Positions 12,028-26,637 of a stretch of 64,000 bases of DNA are shown one piece after another. The translations under genes and the position numbers were made by a program. Origin of the DNA: Haliotis rubra (lineage: Eukaryota); assembly GCF_003918875.1 (NCBI RefSeq), contig NW_025765103.1, forward strand, positions 868,001 to 932,000, read 5' to 3'. How positions within the stretch are numbered: the first letter of the stretch is position 1; the number at the start of each line of letters is the position of its first letter. The notes under the pieces were generated by a model, which was not told the origin of the DNA, searched no databases, and saw only the letters and a program-made list of their open reading frames with translations.

Positions 12028-13640
12028 CCTAGGTTGTTGCCACAGACTGAAGTGTGCATCCCAGCAAGTGGCTCAACTGGACACTGGTCACCCCTGGGGA
12101 ATAAAAGCCCAGGAGTGTGCAGCACTGCAGGGGAGAGGGGCACCTTGGCGTGTGAGTGTTTAGGGATTTATGTGGTGGTTTGTGAGGGGGAAGGGGATTT
12201 ATGCCTCAAGGTAGTTCAGAAGGAAGGATCAAGGTTGACGAATCAGCCAATATGATGAAGCTTAGAAATATGAAAACTTGAGATTTTCAGCTACATATGA
12301 ATCAAGTGCTGTGTTCTACTGTAGCCATGCATAACTTCCTGTCTTCCCGCACAAGATGGTGAACTACACGGAAACACTGCTGTCATACCCATGTGTATTG
12401 ACAGTGGCTGTTTGAAGAGATGCTAGGTGCCTGTATATGCAGTTCTTGTAGAGAATTGAACTCATCTCTGATATCCGCAGACATTGTTGTGTCGAAGGAG
12501 GCAGTAGATCAACGTCCTCAAGGACCACCTCAGCTCTTAATTCCTCTACACAGCAACCATGGTTGTACAACGTATAAGGCCGTAACCATCATGTCTTCAC
12601 TTACTACAATTATGTACTTAAACCATTACCCATATATCCAGATAATACAGATGTCTTTTCTTTGAGTAGAATTTTAAAAGTTTGGAAGTACAATATTGAC
12701 AAACCTTGTGGATAACAACTTTATTTCACACAAAGTTTGTCAATATTACAGATGTTTCCGTTTGAATTAATCCAAATTCAAAATCAGACATCCAGCAATT
12801 AAAACAAGTGTAGTGCTGTAGGCAGGTGGAGAATGGGGAGAAAAACAAGAGTGGGGGAGGGGGTGGGGGATCTTAGAGGGAGTATCAGTAAGTGTCTCCC
12901 CATCATCCAGAGTAAACAGAGATGACCTCTGATGATGTAACATGGCTACTGGCCTCCCTCCCTGGTGGACGCTGGCAAACATGCATGACACCTCAACTGG
13001 CATGGATACTGTGACTTATATTAATGGCCTTTTATCATATCAGTGTTATCATGGGGAGAGATAGTCTTGAAAGATGTTATCATGTGCAAATTAGTAAGTT
13101 AATCAAGTGCTAGGTCGGTTATTCCCTGGTGAGGAAAGTCAGTAACTACATCAGCCCATGGGGAGCTGGGGCGTACACAGGACTTGGGACAAAAGTTTCT
13201 AGATGAACACCAATAGATTGTTTTGTCACTTTTCCTGATTTGTATAATTCTATGTACTGAGGGAAGAATTGCTGTGTTGTTAAATAATACAACAAAAACT
13301 ATTATCATTGCTATTATTATGTGTTCATTCAAAATATATTATGATAAGTATGATAAGCAGACCTTTCAAAATATTTGAACAAAATCCATATGCTAATAAG
13401 ACCAGTTCCTGGACATTTCATATTTATATATGCATATATATATTATCTATTATTATTATATATACACATAAAACATTATGATTGACTAGAGAAGGGTGTT
13501 ATCAGCATGTAGAGGAAGCAAGCAGATGCAGCAACACATATATGTACAAGGATATGAAAGAGGGGAGGATGTAGGTATGGAGATATAGACGTTAACAGCC
13601 TCGGAATGATTGTGTGTAATACATATAGATGTATGTATTT

Positions 13641-13742
13641 GTGAGTGAGTGAGTGAGTATGGTTTTATGCCGCTTTTAGCAATATTCCAGCAATATCACG
13701 GTGGGGGACACCAGAAATGGGCTTCACATATCGTACCCATGG
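13641..13742 (-). mobile_element. SINE family A, 3' half
   Basis: Matches the 3' half of the 40436-40597 copy and has an (ACTC)n tail. Confidence 0.85.
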
Positions 13743-13762
13743 TATGTATTTGTAGTGATGAC

Positions 13763-13856
13763 AGTAGTAGTAGTAGTAGTGGTGGTAGTAGTAGTAGTAG
13801 TAGTGGTAGTAGTAGTAGTGGTAGTAGTAGTAGTGGTAGTGGTAGTAGTAGTGGTA
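13763..13856. repeat. (GTA)n/(GTG) trinucleotide microsatellite running into an assembly gap
   Basis: Direct observation. Confidence 0.95.
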
Positions 13857-14127
13857 NNNNNNNNNNNNNNNNNNNNNNNNNNNNNNNNNNNNNNNNNNNN
13901 NNNNNNNNNNNNNNNNNNNNNNNNNNNNNNNNNNNNNNNNNNNNNNNNNNNNNNNNNNNNNNNNNNNNNNNNNNNNNNNNNNNNNNNNNNNNNNNNNNNN
14001 NNNNNNNNNNNNNNNNNNNNNNNNNNNNNNNNNNNNNNNNNNNNNNNNNNNNNNNNNNNNNNNNNNNNNNNNNNNNNNNNNNNNNNNNNNNNNNNNNNNN
14101 NNNNNNNNNNNNNNNNNNNNNNNNNNN
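13857..14127. other. Assembly gap (N run)
   Basis: 271 N. Confidence 1.
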
Positions 14128-17100
14128 ACATGTTTACACAGAACTGTTTCCCTGAACACAAATGTCACAGTGATGATCAATATCAACTGTGACATCAATA
14201 ATTGATGAGGATACCCCAGTCTGTCGAAGCTAAATCATCAGCAGCAAAGTATCTGTCCAGATAATGTTTTCCATCCAACTCATTATGTTTTTGATGAAGG
14301 CCTTTTCATGGCCACAGTAAACTTCAGACAACATCATTTAGATACAAACTGAAATCAAGATAGATCCCACAAATGTCTTCCAAAAAGAATTCTTTTAACC
14401 CACAAGCATCAAATTTAGAGGTTAATCCATAAAGACGACATGGTGATTGTATCGGATATCTCAGTATGGTACAAACATTCTTCTACAGCTAAACCCCCAA
14501 ACCATCTCAACCCTCCCCAAATCAAACTGGACATGGAATACTCAGCTTGGACACAATTACAGCAAATAACAGACAGGTTTTCAGCTTACTTATCGAGTTG
14601 GTTATCAAGAATGGATTATAAATGTCTTTTGAACTACAGGAGGCCCAGGGCCCTTCAAGGGAGGGCTTGTACAACCGTCAAAGAGCCATTAGGGGAGGAA
14701 GATGTGATCCGCCAGATAAGGGAGGGGAGGGTCTGTATAGGGGCTCATCAACATCAACCCTTTGTGATGCAGGGGTGAGGGTGCTATTGTCACGTTAAAT
14801 GGGGTAGGAATCCTGTATGGGGGATGGAGGATCATGGCCAGCAGGTTCCCAGGGGTATTGTTTTGGAAACTGTTACCAGGGATTTGGGGTAATTGGTGTT
14901 CCAGGGTAATTATGAATGCCTGTTTTGTAATTTGCAGGCAGAAATGAACAACCATCTAACTGTCTCTTCAGTTTTTAAGACTCTTTCATAAATTATGCCA
15001 AAACATGCTTAAATGTTCTGATGAATTTGAAATAAATTACCCTGACTCTCTTGAAAGGGTTTAATGAAGCAACTGCCCGGCAATTATATGGCTAAGAGTC
15101 TGACACTGCATACATCATCGTGATACAATGTGTGGCATGTACTATCCATATCAGCACCATAGGCCTGGAGCCTTTCAGTGTATAAGTAGTATAGAAGAAT
15201 TGATATATTGTAGTGTTGTACAGGGATTATACAATAATTCCATACATGGATTTTGTAGAAAGGTTTCATGATGTTGTGAAAAAATACTTGCTTATACCAC
15301 AAAATATCGACTGAAAATCCTAGCTACTGCTACTTATTGTATACCTTTGTTTATTACTTTGATTAAACCCTTCTCAGAGCCCAGATCAAACTGATGCTGT
15401 GAAAACATTCTCCAAACTTAGAATTACATTTGGATATTTTCTCTACATCAGCATACAGTTTATTACCATCACAAGTTATGAATATGCCATAGGGTTCAAA
15501 CCCATATCTACTCCCCAACAACAGAACCATGGCAGCTAACTGAATCTTAACTTGAAGAACAGCTTATCTCCAATGATGTAATCCTCATTATCTCAGCAGC
15601 TGATCTGCTAATCTCAAGGACTGGTACCACCCACTCGTATCTCTCATTATCAGATAAGACAAGCCACTTTGATGCCAGGCATGGTATATCACATGTATGT
15701 CCCTGCTGGTAGATAACACTGGCTGCATGGTGTTTGTAAACACAGACCACAGCTTCAACACTTGCCATTACTTAGTGCATCAGGGGAGACTACTCTAATG
15801 CAAGGATTACCTGCAAACCATGGGTTTGGCTTATCTAATTTACAGGAATACCAAGTTCAAATATTGGACTGTGATGTAGTCAGATAAATATATGAAACAC
15901 CTGCACATGACTAAGAATCAGTAATGACAACCATCACAGTTTTAAATTAAAGTTTTCATATGAATGTATTTGCTCAGATTACATTGAATGTGTTTTGATT
16001 CAAGATTCTGTTGTTGCACACTATGTAGTTTGTTCCATCTTAATTCATATATAAGGGTATTTATTCCACCAGATACTGCAGTACCGAATCTTTGAAACAC
16101 TATATTAATGAGTTCATGAAATATGACTGAATCCTGTCCGTGAAATGATGCAGAAAGGAGCCAAGTGCACCTGATACTGAATGTGTCCCATTATCTTTAC
16201 AAAAAACTACTTTAAAAGATGTTACAAGATAAAAGTTTAAACTTTCAATTTAAATGTTAAACAAGTAATTATTCACAACTAATCTCCTTGATTTTTTCAT
16301 TAGTTTACATTTGTTTCATGTCACTAAGAGACCTGAGTTCAGATTGTTTTTTCTTGTGATTGTGAGCACATAACTGAATAAGCTGGCATGCTCCAGCTGA
16401 TGACATGGTACCTGTGATGTAACTGTGAGTCTATCTCGCTAATATCCCCTTCAAGCAATGAACGCTAATCACAACTAATTTGTCTGCATTCACTGGGGCT
16501 TGGCAGATGAAAACAAAATAAACCACAAAGCCTGTTCATATGTAACAAATGTGCATGGATTACCTCACCCATATCTTGTCAGCCTGCCAATACCTGGAGC
16601 CATGTTTACACAATGGACCAAGTTCTTATTTATTCTATACCTAGGTGATATGATTATCTCTTCAACACATGGAATAACACAGTCAATGTTGATACTCATG
16701 GCTGACATGAACGTTATCTTGATTCCGATATGTTTCATTGTTGTACATTGCAGAGATTGAAATGCACAATGTTTGGTTTGGGAACAATGGTTGGGAATAT
16801 AGCACAATAGCAACACCAGCAGTGTGTTTATCTGACATCCATCACCCAACATCATTAAGGGGTTCGGTTACAAGTGAAATTGAGTTTAATCACTTTCCAC
16901 CTCAGGGCTAAAAGAAGCTCAGGGTATCTTATCACCTTGCTAATCCTCTGATTTAGATAATTATCTCTTCTAATCCTACCTACTGATTCCCCCCTTTAAT
17001 TTCATATTGATTTAGTTCATCATAAGGATTAATTGTCAGCTAGAATTTACAGAAGAAGAAATAGGTTAATAGGGATTGAAGAATATAAAATAGAATAGAA

Positions 17101-17189
17101 AAACATGATTTGCATGTATCAAGTTTGAAATGGTATCCCAGAAAGATAATCTGTTGTGTGAAAATAACTGACTCAATATCAGAGTTGGT

Positions 17190-17288
17190 GACCCCAGAAG
17201 TGAGCTTCACATATCTCACTCATGTGGGAACTGAACCCAGGTGTTCAGCATGACAAGCAAACACTTTACCATTAGGCTACCCAGTCAC
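17190..17288 (-). mobile_element. SINE family A, degenerate 5' part
   Basis: CCCAGAAGTGAGCTTCACA...CATGTGGGAACTGAACCCAGG...ACCATTAGGCTACCC aligns to the family A head and body. Confidence 0.7.
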
Positions 17289-17975
17289 TGGTTAAAGTGT
17301 GAAGAAATAAAAGCATACAAAAATATATTGTAGGTCTACCAAATTTGTGATTAAGGTATAAAACTATTAATTAAAACTTTCTAAAAGTAGCTTCTCCAAC
17401 ACAAAAAACAAGGTAAACTGCAACGTGGACGCCATGGCATACTCAAAATTCTATTCTGAATACATTGGGTATAGAGAATTAAAGCAGTAAATAGATGGTG
17501 TTGAAAAAGACCACTGAATTTGGACATTCCACCGAATTGTACAAATACACGACATTGAACTTGGAAGAAGAATATGATATGACTAGGTCATTTCTCGAGC
17601 AAATCTTAATCAATCAATTTATGTCTCTTCAAGATATAATAAAAATGTCATGTACCATCTTAAACAATTAACATTTTATAACGTTTTGTCACATGAAAGG
17701 ACTATTTCTCATAAGGAAGTTCTGAAGATGTAAAGCATTCAAATTGAAATATAGCCTGAATGTTTTACTGTTACATTGTAGAAAGACATTTGTCAAATGT
17801 TATCGAATGTGTTTAACATTCACACATGAGTGATGACAACCTGTGACAGGTGAGTGGGTGTTGTCAAGGGGAGGCTCCTTGTCTCAGGCACTTAGTGTTG
17901 GCACAGTTGGCTAGAGGGCCACAGTTTCCTGTGTAAAAGTCTCTACTTAACGTCAGGCATGAGTTTGGGTTCAGA

Positions 17976-18539
17976 NNNNNNNNNNNNNNNNNNNNNNNNN
18001 NNNNNNNNNNNNNNNNNNNNNNNNNNNNNNNNNNNNNNNNNNNNNNNNNNNNNNNNNNNNNNNNNNNNNNNNNNNNNNNNNNNNNNNNNNNNNNNNNNNN
18101 NNNNNNNNNNNNNNNNNNNNNNNNNNNNNNNNNNNNNNNNNNNNNNNNNNNNNNNNNNNNNNNNNNNNNNNNNNNNNNNNAGTGAGTGAGTGAGGAGGAG
18201 GAGTGAGTGAGTGAGTGAGTGAGTGAGAGAGTGAGGAGTGAGTGAGGTGAGTGAGGAGTGAGTGAGTGAGTGAGTGAGTGAGTGGAGTGAGTGAGTGAGT
18301 GAGTGAGTGAGTGAGTGAGTGAGGAGTGAGTGAGTGAGTGAGGAGGNNNNNNNNNNNNNNNNNNNNNNNNNNNNNNNNNNNNNNNNNNNNNNNNNNNNNN
18401 NNNNNNNNNNNNNNNNNNNNNNNNNNNNNNNNNNNNNNNNNNNNNNNNNNNNNNNNNNNNNNNNNNNNNNNNNNNNNNNNNNNNNNNNNNNNNNNNNNNN
18501 NNNNNNNNNNNNNNNNNNNNNNNNNNNNNNNNNNNNNNN
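17976..18539. other. Two assembly gaps (17976-18180, 18347-18539) enclosing a (GAGT)n microsatellite (18181-18346)
   Basis: N runs flank a pure GAGT/GAG tract. Confidence 0.95.
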
Positions 18540-19602
18540 AAGAACAACAAGCTAACCCATGGCATGATGATATATAACTTGCAAATGGAAGCGGATTAAC
18601 TGAATGTACATTTAATTTTAGTAAATTTACTGAATAGAGTGATGTGATTATTTAGCTAAGCTGTAATGACATACTATGTATGAATGAAAAAAACGTGGTA
18701 CACACATCAAATTCAGCTGATTTCTGATTGTAATATTTTCATATCATCATGTTATCAGACAAGAATATACAAGCACCTGCATTTGACAAGTTTGACCCAA
18801 CAGCTAATGATCCCAAATACACATTAGTGAAATCAACGATACAAGGTGTCCACTCAGTGTGAACTTACCAATAAACAACACTACAAGACCTCACCACTTG
18901 TACATTGTGCTAGGACCAACAGTCACCTGTACCAAATCAACAGTGAAATCAACAACACAAGACCCCAGTACACACTGTAATACACTGGAGGACACGAAAT
19001 ATACCTGATACATACAAGGCATTAACAACACAGCTGATTCTCCGAATGATGGACCAACATCTTTCAACAAATCTTGTGTGAACTCACACAATACCAATAT
19101 CTTCCTGATCACTGACTCAATGCAATGAAAAACTTGATCAAATATTCACACAGATCTACTCTAATGTTGGCTTGCTTCCAAATTTAGCCATAAACGTCAT
19201 CCCATGTGCTGGCCTTTGGTAGATAGAAAATGCTATAAAACATTTAACTGATGCAGATTTGCTTTGGCCCAGTGATCAAAGGCCAGCTAGTGCCGCTATG
19301 TACATTTCAATAGCTGCTGGGGTTGTCCCTCACTCATGCATGTACATCAAACACTAGTCACTACAGCCGTACAAGTCAGGCACTAAAGTTGTTTGTGTTG
19401 TTGAAATTCCATTTAAATGTTGAGAAGGTTTTGTGATTCTACTGTGCAGAGAGCTATAAATGGGTTAATGGGATAAAAATGAATCAGTGAGATACAAATT
19501 GGATTTGAAGTAATTACAGCAGTTTGGGTGATGCAGACATGGTATACCTGTAATATTCTCATCCCACATCAATGATGTGAAAGAGGAACCAAGTATTATA
19601 AC

Positions 19603-21200
19603 CTGTACATATACACATATAGACAGTGTCAGTATCCCACCCTGGACAGTGTCGTATTGTACTGGTATTCAAGTATACCCTGAACATATATACATACAGA
19701 CAGTGTCGTATTGTACTGGTATTCAAGTATACCCTGAACATACAGACAGTGTCGTATTGTACTGGTATTCAAGTATACCCTGTACATATAGACATATAGA
19801 CAGTGTCATATTGTACACCTGGTATTCAAGTATACCCTGAACATATAGACAGTGTCGTATTGTACTGGTATTCAAGTATACCCTGTACATATAGACAGTG
19901 TCGTATTGTACTGGTATTCAAGTATACCCTGTACATATAGACAGTGTCGTGTTATATTGGTATTCAAGTATACCCTGAACATATAGACAGTGTCGTATTG
20001 TACTCCTGATTCAGTATACCCTGTCGTATTGTATGGTATTCAAGTACTGGTGTCATTCAAGTATACCCTGTACATATAGACAGTGTCATATTGTACTGGT
20101 ATTCAAGTATACCCTGAACATATAGACAGTGTCGTATTGTACTGGTATTCAAGTATACCCTGTACATATAGACAGTGTCGTATTGTACTGGTATTCAAGT
20201 ATACCCTGTACATATAGACATATAGACAGTGTCCTATTGTACTCCTGGTATTCAAGTATATCCTGAACATATAGACAGTGTCCTATTGTAATCCTGGTAT
20301 TCAAGTATACCCTGTACATATAGACAGTGTCGTGTATTGTACTAGACAGTGTCCTATTGTACTCCTGGTATTCAAGTATACCCTGTACATATAGACAGTG
20401 TCATATTGTACTCCTGGTATTCAAGTATACCCATTAAGTATACCCTGTACATATAGACATATAGACAGTGTCCTATTGTACTCCTGGTATTCAAGTATAC
20501 CCTGTACATATAGACAGTGTCATATTGTACTCCTGGTATTCAAGTATACCCTGAACATATAGACAGTGTCCTATTGTACTCCTGGTATTCAAGTATACCC
20601 TGTACATATAGACAGTGTCCTATTGTACTCCTGGTATTCAAGTATACCCTGTACATATAGACAGTGTCGTCTATTGTACTCCTGGTATTCAAGTATACCC
20701 TGATATGTACTCCTGGTATTCAAGTATACCCTGAACATATAGACAGTGTCGTATTGTACTGGTATTCAAGTATACCCTGTACATATAGACAGTGTCGTAT
20801 TGTACTGGTATTCAAGTATACCCTGTACATATAGACATATAGACAGTGTCCTATTGTACTCCTGGTATTCAAGTATACCCTGTACATATATGGAACAGTG
20901 TCATTGTACATTCAAGTATACCCTGTCATACAGACAGTGTCATTTGTACTCCTGGTATTCAAGTATACCCTGTACATATAGACAGTGTCCTATTGTACTC
21001 CTGGTATTCAAGTATACCCTGTACATATAGACAGTGTCATATTGTACTCCTGGTATTCAAGTATACCCTGTACATATAGACAGTGTCATATTGTACTCCT
21101 GGTATTCAAGTATACCCTGAACATATAGACAGTGTCATATTGTACTCCTGGTATTCCAGTATACCCTGTACATATAGACATACAGACAGTGTCGTATTGT
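19603..21200. repeat. 46/49-bp minisatellite, about 33 copies
   Basis: Unit GACAGTGTC(G/C/A)TATTGTACT(CCT)GGTATTCAAGTATACCCTG(T/A)ACATATA. Confidence 0.97.
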
Positions 21201-21287
21201 TCTTGGTTATTATATGTATATTATACTGTTGGTTTGGGAATGTGATGAAATAGCCCAGTCTTGCTGTACTGATGCTGACATTAACTC

Positions 21288-24200
21288 TCATTATCACCTG
21301 TACAGAGGGGCTGTGTTCTACCACTGTTCTACCATTGTTCTACCACAAGTACAGCAGTTATATCATGGTGGGAGAGGAACTATATCTGTTGTCATTATCA
21401 CCTGTACAGAGGGGCTGTGTTCTACCACTGTTCTACCATTGTTCTACCACAAGTACAGCAGTTATATCATGGTGGGAGAGGAACTATATCTGTTGTCATT
21501 ATCACCTGTACAGAGGGGCTGTGTTCTACCACTGTTCTACCACTGTTCTACCACAAGTACAGCAGTTATATCATGGTGGGAGAGGATCTATATCTGTGGT
21601 CATTATCACCTGTACAGAGGGGCTGTGTTCTACCACTGTTCTACCACTGTTCTACCACAAGTACAGCAGTTATATCATGGTGGGAGAGGATCTATATCTG
21701 TTGTCATTATCACCTGTACAGAGGGGCTGTGTTCTACCACTGTTCTACCATTGTTCTACCACAAATTACAGCAGTTATATCATGGTGGGAGAGGAACTAT
21801 ATCTGTTGTCATTATCACCTGTACAGAGGGGCTGTGTTCTACCACTGTTCTACCACTGTTCTACCACAAGTACAGCAGTTTTATCATGGTGGGAGAGGAT
21901 CTATATCTGTGGTCATTATCACCTGTACAGAGGGCTGTGTTCTACCACTGTTCTACCATTGTTCTACCACACAAGTACAGCAGTTATATCATGGTGGGAG
22001 AGGAACTATATCTGTTGTCATTATCACCTGTACAGAGGGCTGTGTTCTACCACTGTTCTACCACTGTTCTACCACAAGTACAGCAGTTATATCATGGTGG
22101 GAGAGGATCTATATCTGTGGTCATTATCACCTGTACAGAGGGGCTGTGTTCTACCACTGTTCTACCACTGTTCTACCACAAGTACAGCAGTTTTATCATG
22201 GTGGGAGAGGATCTATATCTGTGGTCATTATCACCTGTACAGAGGGGCTGTGTTCTACCACTGTTCTACCATTGTTCTACCACAAATACAGCAGTTATAT
22301 CATGGTGGGAGAGGAACTATATCTGTTGTCATTATCACCTGTACAGAGGGGCTGTGTTCTACCACTGTTCTACCACTGTTCTACCACAAATACAGCAGTT
22401 ATATCATGGTGGGAGAGGATCTATATCTGTGGTCATTATCACCTGTACAGAGGGGCTGTGTTCTACCACTGTTCTACCACTGTTCTACCACAAGTACAGC
22501 AGTTATATCATGGTGGGAGAGGATCTATATCTGTTGTCATTATCACCTGTACAGAGGGGCTGTGTTCTACCACTGTTCTACCATTGTTCTACCACAAGTA
22601 CAGCAGTTATATCATGGTGGGAGAGGAACTATATCTGTTGTCATTATCACCTGTACAGAGGGGCTGTGTTCTACCACTGTTCTACCACTGTTCTACCACA
22701 AGTACAGCAGTTTTATCATGGTGGGAGAGGATCTATATCTGTGGTCATTATCACCTGTACAGAGGGGCTGTGTTCTACCACTGTTCTACCATTGTTCTAC
22801 CACAAGTACAGCAGTTATATCATGGTGGGAGAGGAACTATATCTGTTGTCATTATCACCTGTACAGAGGGGCTGTGTTCTACCACTGTTCTACCACTGTT
22901 CTACCACAAGTACAGCAGTTATATCATGGTGGGAGAGGATCTATATCTGTGGTCATTATCACCTGTACAGAGGGGCTGTGTTCTACCACTGTTCTACCAC
23001 TGTTCTACCACAAGTACAGCAGTTATATCATGGTGGGAGAGGATCTATATCTGTTGTCATTATCACCTGTACAGAGGGGCTGTGTTCTACCACTGTTCTA
23101 CCATTGTTCTACCACAAGTACAGCAGTTATATCATGGTGGGAGAGGAACTATATCTGTTGTCATTATCACCTGTACAGAGGGGCTGTGTTCTACCACTGT
23201 TCTACCATTGTTCTACCACAAGTACAGCAGTTTTATCATGGTGGGAAGAGGAACTATATCTGTTGTCATTATCACCTGTACAGAGGGGCTGTGTTCTACC
23301 ACTGTTCTACCATTGTTCTACCACAAGTACAGCAGTTATATCATGGTGGGAGAGGATCTATATCTGTGGTCATTATCACCTGTACAGAGGGGCTGTGTTC
23401 TACCACTGTTCTACCATTGTTCTACCACAAGTACAGCAGTTATATCATAGTGGGAGAGGAACTATATCTGTTGTCATTACACCTGTACAGAGGGGCTGTG
23501 TTCTACCACTGTTCTACCATTGTTCTACCACAAGTACAGCAGTTTTATCATGGTGGGAGAGGAACTATATCTGTTGTCATTATCACCTGTACAGAGGGGC
23601 TGTGTTCTACCACTGTTCTACCATTGTTCCCACCACAAGTACAGCAGTTTTATCATGGTGGGAGAGGAACAATATCTGTGGTCATTATCACCTGTACAGA
23701 GGGGCTGTGTTCTACCACTGTTCTACCATTGTTCTACCACAAGTACAGCAGTTATATCATGGTGGGAGAGGATCTATATCTGTGGTCATTATCACCTGTA
23801 CAGAGGGGCTGTGTTCTACCACTGTTCTACCATTGTTCTACCACAAGTACAGCAGTTTTATCATGGTGGGAGAGGAACTATATCTGTTGTCATTATCACC
23901 TGTACAGAGGGGCTGTGTTCTACCACTGTTCTACCATTGTTCTACCACAAGTACAGCAGTTTTATCATGGTGGGAGAGGATCTATATCTGTTGTCATTAT
24001 CACCTGTACAGAGGGGCTGTGTTCTACCACTGTTCTACCATTGTTCTACCACAAGTACAGCAGTTATATCATGGTGGGAGAGGATCTATATCTGTTGTCA
24101 TTATCACCTGTACAGAGGGGCTGTGTTCTACCATTGTTCTACCATTGTTCTACCACAAGTACAGCAGTTTTATCATGGTGGGAGAGGATCTATATCTGTT

Positions 24201-24827
24201 GTCATTATCACCTGTACAGAGGGGCTGTGTTCTACCACTGTTCTACCATTGTTCTACCACAAGTACAGCAGTTATATCATGGTGGGAGAGGAACTATATC
24301 TGTGGTCATTATCACCTGTGTACAGAGGGGCTGTGTTCTACCATTGTTCTACCATTGTTCTACCACAAGTACAGCAGTTATATCATGGTGGGAGAGGATC
24401 TATATCTGTGGTCATTATCACCTGTACAGAGGGGCTGTGTTCTACCACTGTTCTACCATTGTTCTACCACAAGTACAGCAGTTATATCATGGTGGGAGAG
24501 GAACTATGTCTGTGGTCATTATCACCTGTACAGAGGGGCTGTGTTCTACCATTGTTCTACCACTTTTACCACAAGTACTGCAGTTATATCATGGTGGGAG
24601 AGGAACTATATCTGTTGTCATTATCACCTGTACAGAGGGGCTGTGTTCTACCACTGTTCTACCATTGTTCTACCACAAGTACAGCAGTTATATCATGGTG
24701 GGAGAGGAACTATATCTGTTGTCATTATCACCTGTACAGAGGGGCTGTGTTCTACCACTGTTCTACCATTGTTCTACCACAAGTACTGCAGTTATATCAT
24801 GGTGGGAGAGGAACTATATCTGTGGTC
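21288..24827. repeat. 104-bp satellite array, about 34 copies
   Basis: Unit TCATTATCACCTGTACAGAGGGGCTGTGTTCTACCACTGTTCTACCA(T/C)TGTTCTACCACAAGTACAGCAGTT(A/T)TATCATGGTGGGAGAGGA(A/T)CTATATCTGT(T/G)G; period 104 (21296 to 21400); internal 11-bp triplication. Confidence 0.98.
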
Positions 24828-26578
24828 CAGTGGAAACAGCCTCTCAAGGGGAGGCTGGTAGTTTGAAGCTGTGAATGCATCCTGTATCTTGGCCTCATGC
24901 TTGGCATTATGGTAATGAAATGAGGGGTCAGTGTAGGTGTTGGGTATACAGGTGAAACATCACGCATGTCACTATATACGTACAATAACCTTAAATGCAT
25001 TATTCCAGCGGAATGATGCAGGCTGTGGACATGTAGCATCTTGCTGAGACTGATAGGCACTGGTGCTTACAAACCAACGATCGCAACGACGGCAAAATCT
25101 CGGATCGGTAAATATGATATTTCATAGCTTCGGTTAAAATGATTGGCATATATATGTACTTTTGACAAGGTACCCTGAGCTCCACCACAACGTTGCACCT
25201 CAAGTTTCCTCTCTTCAAACCATTGCATACTGTAAGCTGGAAGTAATGAGAGATATCTTAACTTGTGAACATGTCACAAACATTGCTGGGCGCAATTTCA
25301 AATCTGAGTTTCTTATGTTTTGAATTTTCAAAAATTTATTTTGTTCTGAGCTCTCGTGATGAATTATATGTGCCGATATCCTTTACAAACAGATAGTTGT
25401 GTTTAGTTGTGTTCCTGAACTGGAAACATGATTTAATATACATGAACATGAATTTGATAACAGCTTTTGAACAGATTTTATGCAATCAGTGTTGTGTAGT
25501 GAATATCTGTATTATATGTGCACTGAATAGTGTATATATCTAGACCATAGTTACATCTTCAATGTTGTCAGCATGTCAGTAAGTCCAAATAAACTAACAA
25601 ACACATTACAATTTTTTTCCATAAATCAAAGTAATTACAGATAAGACTTCAGCCCATACAATACTTGGATGAATATCCTCCAAATGCTCATATCTAAAAC
25701 CCCTGTCAACAATTAAATCAAGGATTAAGAGCTCAACTGATTCTATCAATTCATGCCAAAATACGCAAACAAAACTGGATTAACAAATAACAGAATTCTG
25801 TACATTAATGTACAACCGAGTGGTAACCGAGCGACCAAATCTTTTTTTATTTTGGAAATAAATCAAGCGTGGGTCGTAGTATAGCTTAAGAAAGACTGCA
25901 GAATATCTTTATACATCTGAGTAAATCACATCACTTCAGAAAAGCCCCGATATTTAATCCAGCTTTGAATAGGCAGGATGTGGATGAATGGCCCAGCCAT
26001 AGTAAACAAGGGTTTTATCAGTAAGGGGCTGTGTTGAGGGGTCGGGACATAAAGCAGGTAGTTCCCCGATCCTTCTGGTGCTTGCACATATTCAATGGCG
26101 GTAGATAGGTGCTGGGGGGAACGTGTAGTTGGGCATAATGATCACAGATTCACACGTAATTACGTCAACCACAAGAATGCCCTAAACCAACTCATGCGCC
26201 AGGATCCAGCAATTGAGGTTTAAATCGGCCTTTGAGCTGTATGTTTAATTAGAGATAGTGAAGGGTACATAAATGTGAAGATGTTAGGGTGACTGACAGG
26301 TTATGTATATAGCTGTAATACTGGGGGAGAGTATGTCGACAAACACTGTCAATTACACCACTTTGTGTCATTTCCGGTCGTCACTGAAACGGTTCAAGGG
26401 ACAAATGTGCGATTTGTTGGAGTTACAAGCATGGTCTTTACTCAAGAACTAAATGAGTTTCTTAAATCCATGTTTGAAGGATTCATGACTTTGTATTCCC
26501 CCTTTGACATCTTGGTTGTACTCAATAATTTTGTTTTAAAACTTTATACTGAACTTCTATCATTTCCAAATAGCAAAA

Positions 26579-26637
26579 TCATAAATTGTAACTGTGAAAT
26601 GTGACTATCATAAATTGTAACTGTGAAATGTGACTAA
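26579..26637. repeat. About 29-bp tandem duplication
   Basis: TCATAAATTGTAACTGTGAAATGTGACTA occurs twice. Confidence 0.85.

Noticed and set aside
13649-14198. ORFs spanning N runs (also at 17.9-18.6 kb and 56.0-56.4 kb)
   Set aside because: Artefacts of assembly gaps and adjacent microsatellites.
14230-14440. Possible CR1-like RT remnants (- strand YLNDV, FAADD; also PVIKGQ...AGVVP on + at about 19270-19335)
   Set aside because: Motifs are too short and degenerate to call without a profile search.
21214-24874. ORFs of about 1200 aa as protein-coding genes
   Set aside because: They are translations of a 104-bp tandem repeat open in all frames, with frame-switching indels and no unique domain. 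Kept only as a finding.
24990-25021. TAAATGCATTAT resembling the 5' part of miR-277, within a small hairpin
   Set aside because: The match does not extend, and the hairpin is far too short for a pre-miRNA.
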